The position numbers and the translations under genes are program-made. Below the pieces are notes generated by a model. That model saw only the letters and a list, made by a program, of their open reading frames with translations, was not told the origin of the DNA and did no database searches. Below, in pieces: positions 16,899-24,786 of a DNA stretch of 29,360 nt. Position 1 is the stretch's first letter. Each line of letters opens with the position of its first letter. The stretch is from a virus (Duplodnaviria; Caudoviricetes), in the IMG/VR virus record IMGVR_UViG_3300030329_003272, positions 1-29,360 of that record; one strand, 5' to 3'.

Positions 16899-17389
16899 CA
16901 GAGCACCGCCTGCCACGGATGGAAGATATCCTCAAAGGTCTGAGCGACTTGCACAAGGCCCATCCTCTGGCGCTTCGCCAGCTCTGCCTCAGTGCGGTCG
17001 ATCTCCTTCAACATATCGCCGTACAATCGGTCCCTGAAGCTGTTCCAGGCTTGGGGCACAAGAGTCTCATAAACGGCGGGCGTGAGCCATCTGCCGTGCC
17101 TTCCTGGCGCTTTCCTGCTGCCCCTGTAGTGCACATATGATGAGTACCACATGCGGTTCTCAAGATTGATGGCATAGTTGCCCTCAAGAGCCTCTACGCC
17201 ATAGGTCCACGCTGCCCGGCTGGTGCCTGTGTCGACGGGCCACTGATCCTGGATGTAGGAGACAATATCGCGGGCGTATCTTCGCAAAAGCTGAACCTCT
17301 CTGGGCGCAAGGCGGCGCGAAGTTTTGTGCTTGAGCTTGACCATGCCCTCAAGGCGTTGGAGCTTGATGCGGTAGTTGATGGCTGACAT
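16898..17389 (-). CDS. HK97 gp10-like tail completion protein
   Basis: WPVDTGTSRAAW...LENRMWYSSYVHY matches the PVDTG/YAxYV pattern. Confidence 0.75.
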   Translation of the reverse strand: MSAINYRIKLQRLEGMVKLKHKTSRRLAPREVQLLRRYARDIVSYIQDQWPVDTGTSRAAWTYGVEALEGNYAINLENRMWYSSYVHYRGSRKAPGRHGRWLTPAVYETLVPQAWNSFRDRLYGDMLKEIDRTEAELAKRQRMGLVQVAQTFEDIFHPWQAVL

Positions 17390-17826
17390 CAGGGCACCAA
17401 GGTCAGGTTGTAGGTGACCAGGAAGTTGAAGCTTGTCACCAGGAAGGCGCCGTTGCCCTCATACGCCAGCGTGCTGGGGCCGAACTCAATAGCGCCCTCA
17501 GTGGTCAGGCTCGTCGCGTTGGCGGCCAAATATTTCATTGCAGTATGCGTGTCCGTGAGCGCGGTCGTGGGAGCGTCCTGCCCATCTCCAGGCTTGACCC
17601 TGTGGCCAAGCTCGATGCGGAAGGTCTGAACGACGCGAACGCCAGCCACCGTAGGTTGTGACCTGCCAGGGGAAGAAGACGGCGCCACCGACATGGGCGT
17701 GACCGCGAACGATTGATGGATCCGCTGGTTTGACTCATTGCGGACCCCCAACGGGCTCAGGCTCTTGGTGAGCCCAGCCGCCACAAGGCGAGCCATCACG
17801 GCAGCATGTGCGGTTGCGGGTGTCAT
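17389..17826 (-). CDS. Neck / tail-terminator-like protein
   Basis: 145 aa in the head-tail joining position, with C-terminal beta strands (FLVTSFNFLVTY). Coupled on both sides. Confidence 0.55.
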   Translation of the reverse strand: MTPATAHAAVMARLVAAGLTKSLSPLGVRNESNQRIHQSFAVTPMSVAPSSSPGRSQPTVAGVRVVQTFRIELGHRVKPGDGQDAPTTALTDTHTAMKYLAANATSLTTEGAIEFGPSTLAYEGNGAFLVTSFNFLVTYNLTLVP

Positions 17827-18578
17827 TTGCTCGAATCATACCAACGCCGACGCGGGCCACTGGACAGCATGATCACCGCGCTTGCTGGCTTGTTGTCTGT
17901 TGAAATGGTGTTGTCTTCCAGACCATCCACCCGTGAGCGCATCTGGGTGTACTCCCGCTCGTAGCTCTCCGCGTACATCTCGGACAGCTCAGAGTATCGG
18001 TCGTCCGGGTCAAGGAGCGTGCTGTAGTCCCGGAACAGGATCTCAAACGCACGCGCAAACAGCACCGCCCTGGTGGCCGAGGCTGTGCGCCAACGCCAGA
18101 AGGCAACCCCATCCGAATACATCCGGTTGAGGATGTCGTGCCACGCCTGCGCGATGTACTGCTGAAGCCCGGTTGTGATGCCGGACTTGAGCAGGTTGGC
18201 GCACTCACTGTGCCTCTCCACCAAGTCAGTCTGGCCGATGGGCGGGCGTAGTCGAGCCAGGACCAGAGCTGCGTCTGTGTAGAACGTCTCAGTGGCCCCA
18301 GAAATGACGATATCAAACTGGACTAGCCACCTATCCCCAAGACTCTCATCGGCGGTTGTGGCGGCCAGGATGGTCGCTGACGTGAACTTCCCAGCCCCTA
18401 CCGAGCCCGCGACCGCGTCCACCAGCTTTTCCCCCGATGGCCGGTAGACCGTCAGGGTGCCAGAGGTGAGCGTGGCTGCCGCCCCATCCTTCTCGATATC
18501 CAGCGTCAAGACGTTGTCTTTGTTCTGCTCGATCAGGATAGGCCCGGCTATCCGGGCTTGGTAGAGAGTGGCGCTCAT
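17823..18578 (-). CDS. Head-tail adaptor with N-terminal Ig-like domain
   Basis: Beta-rich N-half and helical C-half (LQQYIAQAWHDILNRM...RYSELSEMYAESY) in the connector position. Confidence 0.55.
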   Translation of the reverse strand: MSATLYQARIAGPILIEQNKDNVLTLDIEKDGAAATLTSGTLTVYRPSGEKLVDAVAGSVGAGKFTSATILAATTADESLGDRWLVQFDIVISGATETFYTDAALVLARLRPPIGQTDLVERHSECANLLKSGITTGLQQYIAQAWHDILNRMYSDGVAFWRWRTASATRAVLFARAFEILFRDYSTLLDPDDRYSELSEMYAESYEREYTQMRSRVDGLEDNTISTDNKPASAVIMLSSGPRRRWYDSSK

Positions 18579-18949
18579 TAGGTGAGGCTCGTGCTAAAGA
18601 TGCAGGCAACGGACCAGCCAGCAGTGCCAGCGCCCGCGCCGTCAGCGGTACAGCACACAAGCGCCGCTTTGTCTTGCCCCAGGGTGAGCAGGGTAGTCGA
18701 TGCGTCCGGCTGCTGGAGAACGAGGTTCTCTGCTGCGTTTGCCCGGTTCACAATCAGAAACCAAGCACCCGCACGAGCACCAACGGCAGGCATCGCCACG
18801 TCACGATTTGAGCCGTTTGGGTCAAGAGCTTGGATCTGTGAGTCGCCGAAGGTGAGCACCTTGGCGCCCGCGAGTGCCTCGATGTTAAATCCACCCACGC
18901 TGAACAGTGGGCGAAGAATCTTGAAGGGGTTTTTCCCGGTGAAAGCCAT
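18578..18949 (-). CDS. Putative head decoration / minor structural protein
   Basis: AAGGAG SD, small beta protein (VAMPA...GAWFLIVN) downstream of the capsid. Confidence 0.55.
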   Translation of the reverse strand: MAFTGKNPFKILRPLFSVGGFNIEALAGAKVLTFGDSQIQALDPNGSNRDVAMPAVGARAGAWFLIVNRANAAENLVLQQPDASTTLLTLGQDKAALVCCTADGAGAGTAGWSVACIFSTSLT

Positions 18950-18973
18950 TTCAACTCCTTTGATGATGTGAGG

Positions 18974-19171
18974 CTATTTGTTTCTCTTGGATTCCTCTCT
19001 GCGGTCTTTGCGAATGGCGCACTGTCGCGCCCGCTTTGCTGCCTGCTCGTGGCTCATGCCATTGGAGACAAGCTGGCCTGTCATGCGCTCGATTCCCTCA
19101 CGCCTTCCTTGCCGCTCACCAGATGACTCTGGGCGGTTCCAGGTTTCGCGGTTGCGTCTGTGATCGCTCAT
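18974..19171 (-). CDS. Small Arg-rich hypothetical protein
   Basis: ATGA overlap with the upstream gene. Confidence 0.65.
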   Translation of the reverse strand: MSDHRRNRETWNRPESSGERQGRREGIERMTGQLVSNGMSHEQAAKRARQCAIRKDRREESKRNK

Positions 19172-19389
19172 TTGTCCGCCTTCTTGGCGGGTGCCTTCTT
19201 CTTGGCTGGCGCTTTGTATCCGAGGAGCTTTGCCGCGTCGGCTGCAATCTCAGCGGCTACCTTCTTAGCTGCCTTGGTTTCTTTGCCTGTCTCGCCGGGC
19301 TGCTGTTCCAAGAGCTGCGCGTGCCTCAGCATGGCAAGAGCTCGTTTCAACACGGGCATGGCGTCCACCATTTTTTGATCGCGTGCCAT
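19168..19389 (-). CDS. Small protein with histone-like KAPAKK tail
   Basis: Ends KAPAKKKAPAKKADK. TGATG coupling. Confidence 0.7.
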   Translation of the reverse strand: MARDQKMVDAMPVLKRALAMLRHAQLLEQQPGETGKETKAAKKVAAEIAADAAKLLGYKAPAKKKAPAKKADK

Positions 19390-20081
19390 CAGTCCTCCAT
19401 CACAAAGGTGTCAACGTTCCCTTTCGGGGTGGCCTTGGCCATCTGGTTGATGATCTTCTCAAACTCTTGGTCCATCGCCTCAAGCCGAGCCTCTGCTGCC
19501 TGGGCCTTCTTCAAAAGATGGGGATTGCGGTCTGCGCGTCCATGGAGGGAGTTGGCGCGCCGTTCTGCCTTGACCTTCAGCGCCACATAGACCTCCTCGT
19601 GCATGGGCTCGATGATGCCCGAGTCACGGATAGCAGCTCTGAACTTGCGGAAGGCTTTGGCGGACTCGCTCTTGTTCCAGAGCACCTTTCCGTTAGGGAG
19701 CACGGTGGCTTCGTCGCTGAAGTCGCAGTAGTGCTTCTGGCCGGATTCGGTTTCGTAATACCGAACGTAATTCTGGTATTCGCCCAGGCGGGTGTCCTTG
19801 GGGTCAATGAAGGTTCCACCCTGCTCACTGACCCAGGCAAGCGACCGGTTGAGCTTGCGATCTGCACCCACGCCATTGACGCCGGGCTTTGCCATCACCT
19901 TGTTGAGCCGTGGCACGAACCCATGCTCATCGTCATACTCCCAGTTGGTGGGGTAGTGCGTATAGACAAACCGGTCAGCGCAGACAAAGCGCCCATTGGC
20001 TGGGAGGCCACGGCGTGCTGTGACCACCTCCTCTTCTACCTGGGGTGTGCTGAGTCTGATGGTCTTCTGGGTTCCTGACAT
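19389..20081 (-). CDS. Hypothetical protein directly downstream of the capsid (230 aa)
   Basis: CAGGAG SD and a natural-looking sequence. Family not recognised. Confidence 0.8.
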   Translation of the reverse strand: MSGTQKTIRLSTPQVEEEVVTARRGLPANGRFVCADRFVYTHYPTNWEYDDEHGFVPRLNKVMAKPGVNGVGADRKLNRSLAWVSEQGGTFIDPKDTRLGEYQNYVRYYETESGQKHYCDFSDEATVLPNGKVLWNKSESAKAFRKFRAAIRDSGIIEPMHEEVYVALKVKAERRANSLHGRADRNPHLLKKAQAAEARLEAMDQEFEKIINQMAKATPKGNVDTFVMED

Positions 20082-20108
20082 GTGTTCTCCTGCTGAGGAA
20101 GTGAGGGT

Positions 20109-20158
20109 GGGACCGGACAGACCACCTCTGCCCGGCCCCGAGTGACCCCGGAGGGTCA
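20109..20158 (-). terminator. Tandem hairpins after the capsid gene (attenuator or mRNA stabiliser)
   Basis: UGACCC-UCCG-GGGUCA (UNCG loop) and a 12-bp GGGGCCGGGCAG/CUGUCCGGUCCC stem with G-U pairs on the minus strand. No U tract. Confidence 0.55.
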
Positions 20159-20165
20159 GCGTACG

Positions 20166-21074
20166 CTAAGCGTCAGTGATGATCTCGCATCCGCGTGCGT
20201 TCTCTGCGATAGCCACTGCGGGATAGTAGTGAGCCAGGGCTGCCGTCTCACCGTGGGTGGCGTCACGGATAAGCTCTACAAGCAACTCACCAGCATCGAG
20301 CATCACGCGGTCTGCGGGGATGTGTCCCTGCAACAGCGAGACGGGCGCTTCGGAATATGCAAAGCAGCCATCGGCAAACATGCAACCAAGACGGTTGCCG
20401 CCAGAGGTCGCCACCTGATCCGATTGCCAGAAGTTGATCCCATTCCAGGAACCCTGGAAGCCCGGACCCTTCGTGGCAAGCTGCTCCGCCGTGGCTGGGT
20501 TGAACTGCATAGCTCCGGCCTCACCTCTGAGCGAGCTACGGAAGTCGTTCATCTGAACGGGCGCAAGCACGCAGGAGTATGGACCCTGAGCAGCGTTGTC
20601 GTTGAGCGCAAATTGGGCGTCGTATATGTCGTCCACAGACAGGTCGACACCTGTAGTTCCCACGGCATCGGTGATGCTTGTGAACAGTGACGCGATCAGA
20701 TTGCTGATGGTGATGGACATACCGTTGACCAAGTTGCCAGCGAGCACCTGCAAGTCGACCGGAGAACCGGCCACAGGCACGAGATCGGTGATCTCATACT
20801 GACGGGCATACCGGGCAGCGGTCAGGGTGTATTCGCTCGTGGTGAAGACGCTATTGGAGGATGCGCTTCCCTCTGCTACAGCGGCATAGGCAGCCGGTGC
20901 GGGCAGCGATGTCACAGCCATCACGGTCGAACCACCAGCGGTCCAGGGGATGCGGGTGCAGACAGCACGAAGGTCTGTGGGATCGTAGATTTGCTCATGC
21001 ACAAGAGCTGCGAGGATTTCAGCTACCAAACCACCGTTGGAAACCAAATTAGCGGTGACGACTTCATTTGCCAT
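20166..21074 (-). CDS. Major capsid protein (HK97 fold)
   Basis: 302 aa with AAVAEG..., YTLTAARYARQYEITD, GSWNGINFWQSDQV and VELIRD. Position after portal and scaffold. AAGGAG SD. Confidence 0.88.
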   Translation of the reverse strand: MANEVVTANLVSNGGLVAEILAALVHEQIYDPTDLRAVCTRIPWTAGGSTVMAVTSLPAPAAYAAVAEGSASSNSVFTTSEYTLTAARYARQYEITDLVPVAGSPVDLQVLAGNLVNGMSITISNLIASLFTSITDAVGTTGVDLSVDDIYDAQFALNDNAAQGPYSCVLAPVQMNDFRSSLRGEAGAMQFNPATAEQLATKGPGFQGSWNGINFWQSDQVATSGGNRLGCMFADGCFAYSEAPVSLLQGHIPADRVMLDAGELLVELIRDATHGETAALAHYYPAVAIAENARGCEIITDA

Positions 21075-21079
21075 TTCGA

Positions 21080-21166
21080 CTCCTTGCCTGCACGCAAGGC
21101 AGGCGGATCACGTTTCGTTGATTGAGATCCACCTACGACTCTATCGGGGCCGGTCCCGTGGCAGAT
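21080..21166 (-). promoter_or_regulatory. Structured capsid mRNA leader with mutually exclusive pairings over the SD
   Basis: Segments 21160-21166, 21126-21136, 21099-21109, 21094-21099 and 21082-21091 are complementary in two alternative sets (see findings). Confidence 0.5.
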
Positions 21167-21172
21167 GTTCTA

Positions 21173-21202
21173 TCCGTACCGCGTTTGCCTGGGCGCTGTC
21201 AA
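21173..21202 (-). promoter_or_regulatory. Putative capsid promoter
   Basis: Perfect TTGACA, then N18, then TACGGA. Back-to-back with P2. Confidence 0.45.
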
Positions 21203-21246
21203 CACTTCCCTTGATCGGGTTTGTTTTGAAAAGGTGTTGATTGTGC

Positions 21247-21275
21247 TTGACCCCTTACCCTGTGGGTAGTATAAG
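21247..21275 (+). promoter_or_regulatory. Early promoter P2 with operator in the spacer
   Basis: TTGACC-N17-TATAAG, the same hexamers as P1 and likewise followed by AGAG. Palindrome TACCC-TGT-GGGTA at 21256-21268. Confidence 0.7.
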
Positions 21276-21298
21276 AGAGTATACCAACGAGGATCACC

Positions 21299-21772
21299 AT
21301 GACGACCACCACCCCCACCCCCCGATACTTTGCAGTAGCAGGCGGCCACTTGCACCAGGAAACCTGCGCACACCGCTCCGGCGCTTGGAACAGGCGCACG
21401 GCACAACATGGCAGATCCTTCAATGCTCACATGAGAGAGCTTGACGGCATGAGTCGCGAGGATGTGGTTGCGAAATACGGCGCAGCCTGTTGCTCACACT
21501 GCATGCCCTCCGCACCATCAGGCACCAAACTCACCCAGGCGCAGATCGAAGACCTCGACGGCACAACCGCACGCCGCGCCGCCCTGCTGAATGAGATCGA
21601 AACCATGCAGTCAGCCCACAGTGACGAACTGGACGCAGCCATCGTGGCATTTCATACGGCAGACGAGGCTGGCGACCATGAGGCAGCCGCCCCCCTGTAC
21701 CGCACCATGAAAGCACTGGTTCCTAACCGGGAGTATTCAACTCATCAGCGCTGGCAAACATTGAAATCCTAA
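21299..21772 (+). CDS. Hypothetical protein with putative His/Cys metal-binding N-domain
   Basis: GHLHQETC...ACCSHCMP followed by a helical C-terminus. GAGG SD downstream of P2. Confidence 0.75.
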   Translation: MTTTTPTPRYFAVAGGHLHQETCAHRSGAWNRRTAQHGRSFNAHMRELDGMSREDVVAKYGAACCSHCMPSAPSGTKLTQAQIEDLDGTTARRAALLNEIETMQSAHSDELDAAIVAFHTADEAGDHEAAAPLYRTMKALVPNREYSTHQRWQTLKS

Positions 21773-21780
21773 ACCACCAA

Positions 21781-21803
21781 GGGCTGGGCATCCCTCACTG
21801 CCC
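21781..21803 (+). repeat. Island repeat copy 1 (GGGCTGGGCATCCCT...TGCCC hairpin)
   Basis: 15 bp identical to 22171-22185, with a GGGCA/TGCCC stem. Confidence 0.75.
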
Positions 21804-21824
21804 ACCAACCACCAAGGAGACCCC

Positions 21825-22157
21825 ATGGCCATCATCACCCTCTCTCTTTCTTCCCTATGCGATCTTTCCCTCGACCAACTTGAACGAAACGCCTCGCGGC
21901 GGGCTCCCAAGGGCACCAACGTTTCGGAGCCGTGCGCCATCTGCCAGCGACCACTGAACGTTGAGTCACCGTCGTGCTGGGCTATCGCTACCCTTGACAT
22001 GGATGAAGCCGTCCCAGTCGCCTTGGTAGACGAGCGTGAGTTTTGCGCCGAATTTGATCAGTACTGTGAAATCGCTCGAATCGGACCCGCCTGCGCGAAG
22101 AAGTATCTGTCCAAGGATGAGCGAGACGCCTTTTTGTTTGGCCACCGCAAGGCATAG
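21825..22157 (+). CDS. Zinc-finger protein, DUF6011-like
   Basis: CAICQRPL...IGPACAKK. AAGGAG SD. Confidence 0.7.
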   Translation: MAIITLSLSSLCDLSLDQLERNASRRAPKGTNVSEPCAICQRPLNVESPSCWAIATLDMDEAVPVALVDEREFCAEFDQYCEIARIGPACAKKYLSKDERDAFLFGHRKA

Positions 22158-22170
22158 ACCACCACCCGCC

Positions 22171-22192
22171 GGGCTGGGCATCCCTTCTGCCC
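22171..22192 (+). repeat. Island repeat copy 2
   Basis: GGGCTGGGCATCCCTTCTGCCC, abutting the scaffold stop codon. Confidence 0.75.
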
Positions 22193-22848
22193 TACTTGAT
22201 GACGCCCTGAGCCCTGAGCGCGGCCATGATGTTGTCTTTCTGGTCGCCCAGGGATCCGCCATTCTTGGCTCGCACCTTGCGTATCTCATCGGCCCCGTAC
22301 TCCTTGGAGTGATGGACGGGAGGCGTACCCGTGCCTCGCTCCGGGTTGCCGTTGAGCGTATCGCGCACAGCCGCCAGAAGGGCTTCTGTTGGGTCTTGGG
22401 TCTGCTCTGGGGCGGTAGGGGTCTCGACGGGCGCACCCTGGCTTAGACGGTCAAAGTGAGGCGAGTAGAGTGGATCCTCGCGGTTGGCCTCCAGCCAGTC
22501 CGCAAAGCTGGCAGCGTTCTCGCCTGCCTCACTCGCAGCACTGGCATACTCGCGCCGCAGGAAGCGCCGGATTGATGGAGCCTTGAAACCCATCTCCACC
22601 AGATGCAGCTCTTGAGTGTGCGTGCTCTGAAGGGTGGAAAGCTCAGAGGTCACGGCCTCAAGCTGTGCCTTCATCTTTTCCATCGCCTTTTGTGCTGCGG
22701 CTGCCTGGGCCAAGGCATCGTCACGGCGTGCCCGCTCCTCGGTCAGTCGGTGGCTGGGCACGGTGGCCTCCATCTTGGTGTTGCCCATGGGTGCGCTTGC
22801 TCCGTTGGTGGTTGGTGGGGTGACTGTTGCCTGCTGTTCGTCCATCAA
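22192..22848 (-). CDS. Capsid scaffolding protein
   Basis: TVPSHRLTEE followed by a coiled coil and a Pro/Gly C-terminal linker. Follows the portal. Confidence 0.78.
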   Translation of the reverse strand: MMDEQQATVTPPTTNGASAPMGNTKMEATVPSHRLTEERARRDDALAQAAAAQKAMEKMKAQLEAVTSELSTLQSTHTQELHLVEMGFKAPSIRRFLRREYASAASEAGENAASFADWLEANREDPLYSPHFDRLSQGAPVETPTAPEQTQDPTEALLAAVRDTLNGNPERGTGTPPVHHSKEYGADEIRKVRAKNGGSLGDQKDNIMAALRAQGVIK

Positions 22849-22849
22849 T

Positions 22850-24286
22850 CTATGCCTCGATATCGGGTGTTTGGGTCATGGTGTCCTCTGTGGCCATCAA
22901 CTGAGCCTGGATGGCATCCGCCCGCAGCAGACGCTCAAGCGCGTCCTCGTCCGACTCGATAGCCGGGTTGAGCATGCGGATAGCATCGAGCCTGCTGATA
23001 AGCCCCATCTCAAGCTCTGCCTTGATGGCCTCGGTCATCTCCTTGCGCTCTGATGGCATGGGCTCCAGGGAGCGATAGGTGATCCGGTATTCGCGTGGGT
23101 CTTCTGGCAGGTTGTGCCCACCGTAGGCGTTGGCGAGCTTGGCAGCGGTTGCCAGTAGCTCTTGGTCAGCCACCCGCAGCGATGGCTCAAGCAGCTTCTG
23201 CGCCCGTCGTTGGCCTGCCCGGCTAACGACGATGGCATAGCCAGACTGCCCGCCTGTCACCTGGAGGTCTGACGGGTTGAGCCCGGCGTAGACTGCCAGC
23301 CCATGCTCGTACATGCGGAGAGCTTCAGCCGCCCGCAGTGGGTCCATCGCTGGGTTGAACTGGCCAAGGCTTCCGCCGGTCGGGCCTTTGCTGCCGAACT
23401 TCAAGATGGACTTGCGGTCAGTCGGCACCACGTCTACCTGCACGCCGCCGATCTGCCGGGTCACGCCTGCCTGGGACTCCACGTCCAACGCCCAGCGCTG
23501 AGGGTGCGAGGCAGACACAAACGCATCAGACCACTGCGACCACAGTGCTGCAAGGCGCAAGGCGCCCCGGCTGATCTCAACGCCCTCGTGCCAGTTCCAC
23601 ATGTTGGGCGTCACCCGTGCATGGTAGAGCACGTAGGGCAGGATGGGCGCACCATCCCGTGAGCGGTACGGGTACGTGCCCACGAACTCAGGCGCCCAGG
23701 TCGCCGTGGCGTCATAGGTCCGGCCCTTGCCATCAACCTCCAGAATCTGGAAGACGGGCGCCGCCGGATCGCGCACATCCCAGATCTCCCAGGTCCAGGT
23801 GCCGTCTCGATACCTGACCTCCTCCACCCTGCCCGGTATGTTGGGCTCGTTGGGCATCGGCAGAATCACCACCACGTCTGGCGAGATAGGCCGATAGCTG
23901 CACTCGGTGGCTCCCATCCAGTGCTTCCAGTCCAGACGCACCAGGGATTCCTGGATTGCGAGGGTATACAGCGCCGTCTGTTGCTGCTGTGCCCAGAGCA
24001 GTGGGGTCACAATGGGGCTTAGGTCTTCCGCGCCTTCTGAGGCAACCTCCGGCGGTTCCAGGTATGCCACGTTGAGCTGCTGGTAGATGAGGCGCAGGGC
24101 GTTGCGGGAGAGGTCCGGGTTGATGGTGATGTCTGCCGCGATCTCCTGGCTGAACATTCCCTCAATCTCATCACGCACGTCTGATAGCTGCTTCCCTGTG
24201 AGGAGCCGATAGCGCAGGCTCTGCTCCCGCCAACGGGCCTTGTCGCTTGGGTCTTTGGGCTGAATGGAGCTTGGGATGTAGAGCAT
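22850..24286 (-). CDS. Portal protein
   Basis: 478 aa between terL and scaffold. PILPYVLYH, QSGYAIVV and MGLISRLDAIRMLNP resemble SPP1 gp6-type portal motifs. Confidence 0.85.
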   Translation of the reverse strand: MLYIPSSIQPKDPSDKARWREQSLRYRLLTGKQLSDVRDEIEGMFSQEIAADITINPDLSRNALRLIYQQLNVAYLEPPEVASEGAEDLSPIVTPLLWAQQQQTALYTLAIQESLVRLDWKHWMGATECSYRPISPDVVVILPMPNEPNIPGRVEEVRYRDGTWTWEIWDVRDPAAPVFQILEVDGKGRTYDATATWAPEFVGTYPYRSRDGAPILPYVLYHARVTPNMWNWHEGVEISRGALRLAALWSQWSDAFVSASHPQRWALDVESQAGVTRQIGGVQVDVVPTDRKSILKFGSKGPTGGSLGQFNPAMDPLRAAEALRMYEHGLAVYAGLNPSDLQVTGGQSGYAIVVSRAGQRRAQKLLEPSLRVADQELLATAAKLANAYGGHNLPEDPREYRITYRSLEPMPSERKEMTEAIKAELEMGLISRLDAIRMLNPAIESDEDALERLLRADAIQAQLMATEDTMTQTPDIEA

Positions 24287-24504
24287 CAGTCAGCGTCCTG
24301 TTCGATAGGCTGGATAGGTTCCCCAGACGGCTGGTCGCATTCAGGGCAGTAGATATCTCCCACAAAGAGATGATCGCATTGCAGACATGCCCGAGGTATC
24401 TCCCTCGGTTCACCGTCTCTTGTGACCCTGCGGTAAACCGCCCGATATCCATCCTCGGCGTATAGGTGCTCAATGGTGAAATATACGGGTTGAGCGTCCA
24501 TCAT
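24286..24504 (-). CDS. Small zinc-ribbon protein
   Basis: CLQC...CPEC. Coupled to both neighbours. Confidence 0.7.
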   Translation of the reverse strand: MMDAQPVYFTIEHLYAEDGYRAVYRRVTRDGEPREIPRACLQCDHLFVGDIYCPECDQPSGEPIQPIEQDAD

Positions 24505-24746
24505 TTCCTCCGAATCCAGCCAAGGTCATACATCGCAGACGTGGAGATGTGAGCTACTGCGTAACGGTCGCCGCCCTCGGTCTTCTCCTCGCCTTGGAGG
24601 TGCCAGATGTGGACGCCATCTTTGGCGGGCGCCTTCTTGACTTTGCCAATCACAACCAGGACATCGCCGCGCTCGGCTTTGTCCATCTCGCTCTTCACTG
24701 CTGGTTTCTTTCGGGCTCGCTTCTTGGGCGCAGATTCTTCAGACAT
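24501..24746 (-). CDS. Small basic hypothetical protein
   Basis: APKKRARKKPAVK N-terminus. GGGG SD-like sequence. ATGA coupling downstream. Confidence 0.7.
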   Translation of the reverse strand: MSEESAPKKRARKKPAVKSEMDKAERGDVLVVIGKVKKAPAKDGVHIWHLQGEEKTEGGDRYAVAHISTSAMYDLGWIRRK

Positions 24747-24786
24747 GGATCACCCCAGTTGAGAATAGTTATTCATCGCGTATCGG

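Noticed and set aside
9305-20802. Many plus-strand and off-frame ORFs across the structural module
   Set aside because: Fully overlapped by well-supported, translationally coupled minus-strand genes.
21110-21150. Hammerhead ribozyme suggested by CGAAAC in the capsid leader
   Set aside because: No CUGANGA core in the required position.
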